Source of the DNA: Trichoplax adhaerens | Lineage: Eukaryota > Animalia > Placozoa | DNA length: 64,000 nt | NCBI RefSeq assembly: GCF_000150275.1 | Contig: NW_002060965.1 | Span: 434,001-498,000 of the forward strand | Direction: 5' to 3' | In this document: piece after piece, positions 53,745 to 64,000 of the stretch | Position numbering within the stretch: position 1 is the first letter of the stretch | How the letters are laid out: every line of letters begins with the position of its first letter | Translations under genes and position numbers: made by a program | The notes under the pieces: generated by a model | What the model was told of the DNA's origin: nothing | Seen by the model: only the letters and a program-made list of their open reading frames with translations | Databases searched by the model: none

Positions 53745-54000
53745 TAATGTTCAGTACATTGTGGGTCAAAGTCAGTCATTATATCTTAAAATGCCAATGA
53801 AATGGCTCTATCCTTTATGATACTTGTCTAAGCAAATTTATCAAGTTTTAACCAAATAAACTGCTGGCAGATATGTTTGGACAACTGTGCGGTATTGAAG
53901 ATGTACAGACGTTTTAGTGGCATTTCTAGATACAGTTTATCATAGAGAAATATCTGGGTCTACGTAATGTCCAGTACATAGTGGGTCCAAGTTAGTCATT
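53561..54000. repeat. Tandem duplication, 2 x ~220 bp, covering most of the MITE and its right flank
   Basis: AAAATGCCAATGAAA...GTGGGTC..AGT.AGTCATT is repeated from about 53561 and about 53782. Confidence 0.9.
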
Positions 54001-56779
54001 GACTATGGCTTTTAACAGCAACACGTAAAGCATTTTTACATCATTTACAGTTTTATGAATTATTTTTTTTTAGTGAAGACAGTACGTCATGTTGATTATG
54101 AAGCATTAGAAGATAATAATTCCGGCCAAGTCCCCTAATATGGTCAACTTGCTCAGCTCAAGTTTTGTAATGATGAGAATTAATAATCTTAAATTTTTGT
54201 GATGATTGATGACTAATTAATTTTAATTATTATTGACGCCTGTAATAATTCTAGCGTTTTAACTTGAAGGGAAGTATTTAATAAACACCGTACGTATATA
54301 GGAACAATCATTCATTCAAGTTTTGTTATCCTAGTGTCATAAAAGCATATAGACTACAAATTAACAAAAATTATGAAATTTCAGTAACTTTACAAAATAA
54401 AGTATTGCTGTAAGTAGATCACTGTGCAATGTGCATGTACTAACCTGATGGAGAAAAGTGGGAGTTGCTAAGAAATCTAGTAAATGAATTAATCTAATAG
54501 AGAACCTAAAACCTCTATTTATTCATTCATGAAATAATATTACCTTGAAGATAATCACACATGGCTTCAACTCTCTTCCTTTAAAAATATTCACACATAG
54601 TCAAATTAATTTTTTCGTCGCCATGATTTTTTAGATAAAAGCCTGTAGTAATTGACTCGAATATCAATACCGTACTCAGTACTTTTTGTTATTTAAAACT
54701 TTTTCACTTACAAAATACGCTTTGCCAATAATCTCCTCAAATTGCAATAGCTATCACTCCAATACTAGAAGAGAGAGAACTGAGAAGTGAAAATTTAGTG
54801 CAAAAGAATGTCAAAGCCTACTAGTTAGGGTTACTCTACACTACTACTGAAACTCTATACAACACTGTACAAAACCAATCAAGCAGCTCATTTGAATAGC
54901 AATTTGTGGACAGTATAGTGTATATCGACATTTTAGTTAAATGACCAGCAAATTAGTCGGCCTGTCTATTTTGAGTAGAGTATACTAAAGAGTTCTTTCC
55001 TGTCCCTCTCTTTTAATTACAGTACAGTAATAACGTGCTTTGATAGTGCAATAATAAAATCAATGAAGCAAAGTACTATGGGAAGTAGAATAGTCGAAAG
55101 CTTTTTAAAGCCTACGTCGATTAAGGGAAAATTATCAACATAGAAGATAACTTTGTCAAATTTATTAAGGCTGGCAGGATGAAAGGGTGGATTTGTACTA
55201 TATTCGTCCTATGTACTGCAAAGGCTATAGCTGACGGCTATATAAAGCTTTGTTTTGGAGTGATGTGCTAATGTAATTCTTGTCTTAAGAGAAGTTAAGG
55301 ATTTCAAACCCATTCATGATATTACCATGTAGTGATTCACCCTATGGTTGATTGCCTTGATAGGCATATATTTGATAGAATTGGATTTAGATGATTGCTA
55401 ATGACTATATTATACCCATCTATATGATACGGTAATTTTATCTTATTAATTGATAATTGAAATTATGGGCCCGTTGATCAGTTATGGAATTCAAAGACAA
55501 TTTTAATACATCGATAATATAATAATGCAAAAATGGATTACCCTACAAAAATAGTCTGATTTTAGTACCTGCCAAAATAAATGATGCTTAAAAACTCAAA
55601 CTTATCTGAGTGTTGATCGTGATAGATAATTAATATAACTGTTCGTTTGATGTGTTCTCGTAATTGCAAATTGGAAGGCGACAATCTCGAAAATAATTAC
55701 CACGCCATCAATTTGCGTCCAAAGTTCAAAAATAACTTTTAGTTTGTCATTTCTGATCTGGTGACAAGGAACTAGCGTAAAGGACGTGGTAAGAAGTTAC
55801 TACTTCTACCTATTAGTGAGTAATTTCTTTCGAAAACTTGACACTCTCAGGCGCTTGAGGGACAAGTTTTACAGCTGTTCCCATATTATTTCTAATCCAG
55901 CATATGAAATTATAATTTAGGCTACTATGAAATTAAACGAGACATCTCCGGATGAAACAACCTCCATACACACTATTGGCTAATAAAATTGATAGCCAGT
56001 AATTGGTAGTAATCTTAGATCTCCATTATATACGATTATAAGATGTCAGAAAACAATTTAGCCAGTAACAACTGCCATAATTAATTATATCGAAACTAGT
56101 TCAAACCTTTAATATTGAAAAACCTATCACTGTATTGTATGGTAAGAGTATATTGCACGTAAATGTATATAAACTGAAATTTGACACTACAAGTAGATCT
56201 TTACCGAACGTTACAAAATTGCAATTTTATAGTAGTATTTGCTGAAATTATTTTAAATGTTTTAATAAATGCGTCGATTTAATAATTTCTACGATAAAGG
56301 TTATTTATATTTGACATCCTAAGAGATACTTTAGAGAATTTTAAAATCAACAGCTGCAGCTCTTGTCATTATTCTTAATAAATACGTTAGGAAAATAACT
56401 ATAACCATGAAATGTTCGCGTTTGGCATGTGCTATTCAATTAATAATGTAGTTCACAAAAATTGCTACTATATGACAATCAGTAAATAAGAATATGTGGG
56501 TGGGAAGTTAAATATATTTTTTAACAGTAACAATTAAAAAAATCAACATTATTGTGAATTGAAATGCTTAAAAACTGACCATTTAAAGCAATAATTCCTT
56601 GAGCGTATTAAGTCTAGTGCAATAGTAAAATTTACTATCAGATTTTTTGCTGATATTGTGTGAATTCGATTATATGAGTAATAACTAATTGCTCTGATGA
56701 TAATCTCTAGCTTGTTCGTTGATATATTTCAAAGTGCAAGGTTTTATATCAATAAATCTATGAATTACTTGATCATTGA

Positions 56780-57120
56780 TATTACTTCTAATTTAGGAAT
56801 ATTAGTAAGACCTAGTTCAAGAGATTTTATATCAGTTAAAACTATTAGCTATTTGATCAATTACTTTACCTCTGCGTAAGGAATATTAGTAAAACTTAGT
56901 AAAAGAGATTTAATATTGACTAATCTACTATATTTAATTAGCTATTTGATCATTTGTACCACTCCTACATTAGGAAAATTAGTAAGACTTAGTACAAGAG
57001 GTTCAATACCAACTAATCTATCAGCTGCTGAATGAATTACATATTATTCTTGTATTATGAATATTAATACGACTGTGTACAGGAGATTTAACATCAACCA
57101 ATTTATTAGTTGATTAATTG
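56780..57120. repeat. Degenerate ~84-93-bp tandem repeat, about 4 copies
   Basis: AGGAATATTAGTAAGAC.TAGT.CAAGAGAT-like core near 56795, 56879, 56972 and 57057. Confidence 0.75.
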
Positions 57121-58562
57121 ATTCAGTACCGGTAATTAATTGTGAAGATTAATCAAACATTAATTCTGCGACTACAATTCCAGTTAAACTACTCGCAGCT
57201 CCTCTGTAATGTGACTGGTCATTCCACCATGAAGACTTGATTTGCTCTAGTATTAAATAGAGCAATAATTAAAAAAATAAACAATGACCACGCCAAATGT
57301 ACTACACGCAGAAAAATTATAACTTTTTATTACGGTTATTACTAAAGATTAACTTTTATAAACAACGGAAATGCTACTGCGCCAAGCGGTAATATTTTCA
57401 TAACTTTAAATAACCAGAATTCTTATTCCTTTGGATTATAAACTCTCTAAAAATTATCTAGATATAAAAAAATAACTAAAAGTATTTAAATTACAGCATG
57501 TTTCAATCTTGTTAAACAAATTTTATATTACCAGTTTTAGGAAAGCAACATTTTGCGTTAAAGCTAGATACTATATATGGCTTATTACGCCAGCATCTGA
57601 ATGAGGAAATAATATCTAAGAAATAATGGTATTTCAAAAATATCTATTTCCGATCTGTAACGAAAATAGGTCTATTTTAAAAAAAAACTTTGAAGGATCA
57701 TTACATAAAAATTCCCTATCAACACTAAGTTAATGAGCTTTCTAAAATACAGAACAGTAAAGGATTTTATTGAAAGTCTATGCGTTTTGTGCCGGAAATA
57801 AATGACTTTTTTTAAATAGAAAAATTAAAGGAAATGGAATTCAGCGACTGATTTCAATATTAAAAGACACGGAAATGGTTCCTTCAACCTTATCTATTTA
57901 CACTGATGCATCTATGTAAATCTTTGCTTTTACTAAACTCATAAACTATTCTTTAAATCGTAAAATTTAATTACTAATGACCTCCTTTATAGTATAGTAA
58001 ATTTAGAGCTCATTCTGAATAAAAGCTGACACATATACATATAACAAAAGGTAAAAGAGTAAAATTTGTGATGACTTCCTCTAGGTTTATCTACTGTATA
58101 AGAATCATTCGCAAATAATCACAACAATTTATCAGAATCTCTTGGCTTTAGCTCTATTTCGAAATTAAATAAACACACACACAGGAAAAGCGCAAAAAAT
58201 TTCATCACGATAGCAGTAAATCGGTTGTCAAAATGGCCAAAATTAATACAGATTGTAGTCACATATTTCACAGTAATACAGCATTTGGATGATTATTTCC
58301 GGTGAATTTATTTTGTCTACGCTCATGTCATGATAGATGAAGAGGAAATACAAGATAGAAAGACGGCGACTATGGAGGATCATTGATAATGGTGTCAATA
58401 TAGAGTAAATTTTAATATGCCTTGTTAAGGGAAATGAGGATATATTCCTGACCCTTTCAAACTATGGGCTGAAAAGGTAGAACTGCGTCTATCTCCAACT
58501 GTGGGTACTGTAGAAATGGCTATTGCATACAATTTTTGGTTTATTATTATTTAAAACTTAAT

Positions 58563-58682
58563 AAATCACTACATTTATTGGGGAGAAATAATAGTAAATC
58601 ACTACTATGTTTACTCTAGGGGCATTATACTAAATCATTTCTATACTTACTCAAGGGGCATAATATTAAATCACTACTATGC
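58563..58682. repeat. ~35-bp minisatellite, 3-4 degenerate copies
   Basis: Recurring AAATCACTACTAT...TTACTC.AGGGGCAT.ATA.T. Confidence 0.65.
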
Positions 58683-59944
58683 ATACAGAAGTAACGATAT
58701 TAGATTTAGCCAGCATCGTTTTCCTAAATATAATGTTAGAATATATGGAAAAGTGAATAGTTTTAAATTGAATATGCTCTTATAGTCGAAATGGTTATTG
58801 TCCCCGAAGATCGCTATTCATTGACTTATAGCAAGTTACAGTATAAAGCGTTGATGTTGTTGTAAATTTTTCATTCTTATATTACAGCATATGCTAATTA
58901 AATTTATAAGATATAGAAGCAAGCTTAATACAATAGTTGATCATACGCGTACATCATCATGCGTTATCATAATCATTTACTGCTGTTAGTGAAGCCAGTT
59001 TGCTGCAGTGTCACAAACCCACCATATTTTCTAGTAAGTTCCATTGTTGGAAAAATGGAGCAACAATCATTACTTGTGACCGTCTTGATAATACGGAAAA
59101 TCAAAGGTTAAGTTGTAAATATTATTCGACTCTGCAAGATCAAAGGAATTGACAATAGACTTCGTTCTTGCCACGCATCATAAGTTAGATCAACCATAAA
59201 AGTATACAGTAGCACCCACATATAAACGAAGGCGCCGAAAAATATTAATAATTTTTATAAGTAGTGTTGACAGTCACTGTAATTGATCTCGGATAAAATA
59301 TTAAGGACAGATAAATAAAATACCCTAAATATCTTGTAAAACGTATAAAAAATAGATAGTTATAATGTATTATCCAAGGAAACAGTAACTTATAGATGGT
59401 GCTAGGTAATCTACTTTCTTGCCGTAGAAATAAAAAATTGTACACGTATGGATGAACATCTAAATCTGGAGATATGATTCGTCGCATATAACATCAATCC
59501 ATACGAAATAAAAATGCCTGAATTAAATTTTTCAAAATTCTAAGTATACACAGTATACCTAAAACAACTAAGAATATGCGTACTATAATCTCAGTAAGAA
59601 ATCATCCTTCTTTTTGGCCTCTTAGAACGGAAAGAATTTATGCATATTGTGAAATTTGCGTAGCATTTTATGCAAAGAAATAGAATTTTTTTGCAATATC
59701 CATCTATTCGTTCATATCGCTCTGAGATGTTATTAAAGGTAACTACTTCATTGATGCACATAATCTACTAATTAATATTAAATTCATTAAATATTGATCA
59801 ACCTATTAACTTGACCATTGGAATCCGAGCAGCCAGTAACATACGCTTAATTTATCTTAGGAGCATCATTACTTGCAAGTTAATCTAGTTATTGACACAA
59901 TATTCTTTAAATATTCATTAATCAATTATATATAATTATCTTCG

Positions 59945-61068
59945 CTATTGCAATAAAATGGAGGCAACATCATCAGCTTCAGTTGTTTGAAACTGGCAAT
60001 TACAACTAATAATAGATACAAAGATTGTTACAAGGGCTTTCCTGGTCTGTATGACGATCGATAGGCCTAGAATATCTCTTGGCAAACGTCTTGTTCTAAG
60101 CTGTATCCAATGACATATCGTTACTGATCCTTTGGTCTCAGCGTATTCTACAATAGAATGTGCTGAAACGCTTTATTGGCACTCATTTTCTATTTCAACA
60201 CCCATTAAAATCGAATGATTATCGAAATTACTGCCATTCCAATTTTATAATGGTAGGAAATGTCAAAAATTGCTTTCTTAATAAGAACAGAGCTGGCGTC
60301 GAAATGTCTGCAAATCTGGAACAACTTTTGTTTTACAATAGAATAGCATATCCATTTCTCATAGAAATGGAAGACAACATAGCATAACACAAGAAAAACA
60401 GAAGCAGGTATTGTACGCTTAAAACCGATTGGAACTTCAAATGAAAGAATCCTATAGAAAAGTGAATGCAATTTCAATATTGTTTTAATGAAAAGCAACA
60501 AAAATGACGTCAACTTAGAATGGCCAAATGCTGATAGCCTTAATCTGGTGCGATAGTCTATGGTATTAATTTCTAGAATAAAATAGAAGTTTACAAACCC
60601 ATAGTAATATGACTATAAATACCTTGCAGCTGCATATCATCACTGCCATTTCTCCCTTTCCTTCCTGCTAAAGTGTCAAAAGCATCTTGGAATAGTCTAA
60701 AAACCAAAATTAACTGGATACAGTACTGAATTTTTACACATACAGCTTAAAAAAAATCGATTCCGTCCAATTAGTATCATTATTAAGTCATGATTCCTTA
60801 AATTATCATTTAATTTCTACCTTTCTAGGCTACTTATTCCTAACGGAAATACTGTTGATCGATTTTTCATCTTAACAGCTAGGTTATTTTTACTATCGGA
60901 TTGGTCCTTTCCGTATGCAAATATATTATCTTGCTAATAGGATTATCAAGCGTTAGGAGACAACTTCACCAAGACTCGCCTGTATGCAACACCCAAATCA
61001 TTCTTACCTTTGCAAAATGATGGATTTTTACGTAAGTTGAAAATAAAACTATAACGATCATTTTTTTC
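59945..61068 (-). CDS. 3' exons of an unidentified (orphan or decaying) gene
   Basis: Phase-compatible GT-AG exons at about 61068-61008, 60929-60821, 60696-60623 and 60147-59945 give ...EKNDRYSFIFNLRKNPSFCKDNIFAYGKD...LGISSLERLFQDAFDTLAGRKGRNGSDDMQLQEYAETKGSVTICHW...SILLQ*. No family recognised and no 5' end found. Confidence 0.4.
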
Positions 61069-62049
61069 CTTGAATATTATCATTATAACTTAGTTTGACA
61101 AGATCATTTCAACTGCTTAGATAAATCAGGCAGATCATAGTAATTAGTTGGAAGTAGCCAAGTTTTGTTCATTAATTTCGGTAAAAGTAGGGTAAGTAAC
61201 ATATTGCTAAGATAGCATTGCTCAGGTAAATATAATATTTGTTGCCTTGTAATCGTTAATTAATAATCTTTGTAACAGCTTTACTAAATTCAAAATCGTT
61301 CAATTTTTATTTTAGTTTATTGATCATAATTCTATCAAAAAAAAACAATTACACTTTGATCATGGAAAAACATTTTTTCATTTATTTGTTATTCTGGTCT
61401 TGATATATCTCATCTATGGTAATGTATTGTCCCATTTTCTATTTGTTTGAAATATAACATTCATCAATAATGAGTCAATCCAATTGAATGATTTTTCCCG
61501 ACATAGAAATTAGAGCTGATCATCATAGTTTATCTTCTATATCCTCACAATCCACAATATTCAAACTCCAAAGAGAATTGCGTAACAAGACTACTTTACT
61601 TACTAGAAAAAATTTGCATTGTTATTATTTATTGAAGATGACATTGGACAATTTGTTTCCGTATCCTCTTACTTTAGGAGGTTATATAAAAAACTATTAA
61701 TAATAATATTCATTTTCTTTTTTTCTTGCCAACATGGCTTGACTATACGGGCAAAAGTGATCGTTATTTCCTGTAAATTAAAATTTTCTTTCAACACTTC
61801 GTTTTAGTTTTGAGTCATAGTATTACATTATGCTTTACGTCTATGGAATATAACTATTGAGCGAATATTTAACGCAATACCAGTAAAATTATAATTTTAA
61901 GGAGAAATTCTAAAATTTTATATTTGACATTTTTGATAATATCGATCGGATAACAGTAGTGGCAACACAAATCGTTATTCCCGAACTGAAATCATCATCG
62001 TTTTATAATATATAATCAGCGATCAATCTATACCTGATCTAAGTTTGCC

Positions 62050-63380
62050 AAAATCTCTTCTGTATCTATCATGATAATATACTGTACTTAATACATCCTT
62101 AAACTATAAGTTTTGCTTAAAGTTTATCAATTACTCTTGAATACAGTTAATAGTAGTAGATAAACTATTCTTAAAATTTTGTGATACTTTAAAAAGAATA
62201 AGTAAAAGCGTTTTCGAAATTACTCTTTAAATACTTCATCGTATTGACAACATGAAGCACTGTTAATCAAAAAGTCATTCTGTTACTGCCTTGACATTAT
62301 AGTTAACACCTGCCAAATATACTTAAATAATGAGTGCTCAAAGATTTATCAGTTTTTACTTTTGAACGCAGCTGATAGCAGCAGATAAAGTATTCTCGAG
62401 TACTGTGTTGTAATACTTTAAAAAGAATGAATTAGGTATTTTTCTAAATTACTCTTTTGATAATTAATTAATCGTAGCAATCATGCTGAACACTAAATTG
62501 GCTTCGAAATTTCTTCAGTGATTTCCTTATTAGTGCAGTTAATCCTTGCTGCATCTATTAAATAAATTAACCTTCAAAATTGATTTATTACTTTGGAACA
62601 CAGCTGATAATAGTAGATAAAATATATTAGAGTAATTTTAACACTTTAAAAGGAATAAACGAAGCATTTTGTGATTTGCTCTTGAAATAATAAATCGCAT
62701 CAACTATATTGAATTACTCGATTGGCAATATATCTCTTCCATAACTGCTTAATGATATACTGTAGTTAAGACAAGCTAAAATTATCAAAGTAATGATACC
62801 TAAAAATGTTTATAAGTTACTCGTGAATACTGTCGATAGTAATAGATAAAACATTCTTAAATACTTGTGATGCTTGAAAGGAATGAGTTAAAAGTACTTT
62901 CTAAATTACACTTCCAATAGATAATTATATCAGCAAAGTTGAGAACTAATTTGAACAAAAATCTCTTCCGTTAACGACATGATAATAGGTGCTCATAGTT
63001 AATACATATTAAATTTACTGAATAAAAGGATGCTTTAGTAAAATTGATCAGTTATTTTTGAACACAGCTGATAGTAGTAGATAAAATAGAATTGACTATT
63101 TGTAGTAGTTTAAAAATTAAATTAGGATTTCTGAATTACTCTCGATCCATTTATTTACATTCATAATCTTATCTTAAAGTTGACCAAAAAGTCTTTCCGT
63201 ATCTGGCTTGATAATAGAGTTAATACAGGCTATAATTAATTACTAAAATAAATAAGCTTAAATGTCTCATCAATGACTTTTAAATACAATTAATTAGAGT
63301 AGATAAAAATAGAATTAAATGCTGATAATGCTTATAATACTTTAAAAAATCGAGTTTTAGCATTTTGTAAATTATTTTTT
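62050..63380. repeat. Old degenerate tandem repeat, ~228-bp period, about 6 copies
   Basis: Core TTGAA.ACAG.TGATAGTAGTAGATAAA...TACTTTAAAAAGAAT recurs near 62155, 62380, 62612, 62841, 63075 and 63298. Confidence 0.8.
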
Positions 63381-64000
63381 TGATTTTTAATGTTTTCATC
63401 TCCAGTAATTCTTGATACCTCTAAATTAGAGACTTCAAGGCCATCAAAATTTTTATTTCCCTACTTCTTTGATTCACATGAGAACAATAATGGGATGATT
63501 AAGCTAATTGAAATCGTTAGAGCAGAATTTTTTCCTTAGCAACTTTATAATGGCGGTGATAGTAAATAGTGTATTAAAAATGAATTGATCCAAGCTAATT
63601 ATGAACATCTATTTCTTTGAACACTGAAAGAGTATCTCTCGCCAGCAATAAAAAGTGATACAATTGGTCAGTCCCGCTTTAGTAATCTGCATGCATAGTC
63701 AAATTATGCTCCTATCTTTAATGGTTAACAATGTACAAAAAACAACCAGTGCAGACAATCTTTCAATGAATAATTTCTCACTAACTGATGACTGATTTTA
63801 AAAAATTAAACTGATCAATAACTTCTTAATTCAGCAACTTTTTTGAGCTCCGATATAATGTCTATTGCCTATAGCAGACAAGTAGAATTTGTTAACTTTT
63901 AATTAGCTTTCTAGATGATTTTATGATTTTACAGTTTTCTCTTTTGCCTATATCGATTTCTTTTCAGGCTAAAATAGACTTTTCCAACTATCTAGAGGCT

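Noticed and set aside
56697-57120. Possible leucine-rich-repeat coding region
   Set aside because: Variable unit length and frequent stops; treated as a non-coding minisatellite.

Overview
AT-rich animal genomic DNA with many short GT-AG introns and abundant ACAGT/TACAGTACTGTA low-complexity tracts. The overall style suggests a placozoan such as Trichoplax, but that is inference only. I reconstructed six conserved genes by hand: ATP synthase subunit e (ATP5ME, +, 2038-2545, missed by the ORF track), DNAAF9/C20orf194/Shulin (-, 5502-19702), CABCOCO1/C10orf107 (-, 23451-26751), condensin I subunit NCAPG (-, 28745-31796), CCDC33 (+, 35016-42014) and a ~2561-aa Ki-67-like protein (-, 43399-52138). 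The Ki-67-like protein has an FHA domain, a PP1-docking motif and KTP repeats arranged in ~145-aa higher-order units. Other notable features: an AT-AC minor (U12) intron in CABCOCO1, a probable GT-AG U12 intron in DNAAF9, and a nearly intronless NCAPG. X-box-like motifs lie near the three ciliary genes, and similar MYB/CHR/CCAAT cassettes lie upstream of the two mitotic genes. There are two CAGTAGAC-ended foldback/MITE elements (one carries telomere-like repeats), a 256-bp tandem array with recurrent inserts at one site, and an orphan exon chain near 60-61 kb. Homology calls rest on recalled human sequences and need a database check. No rRNA, tRNA or CRISPR array was recognised.
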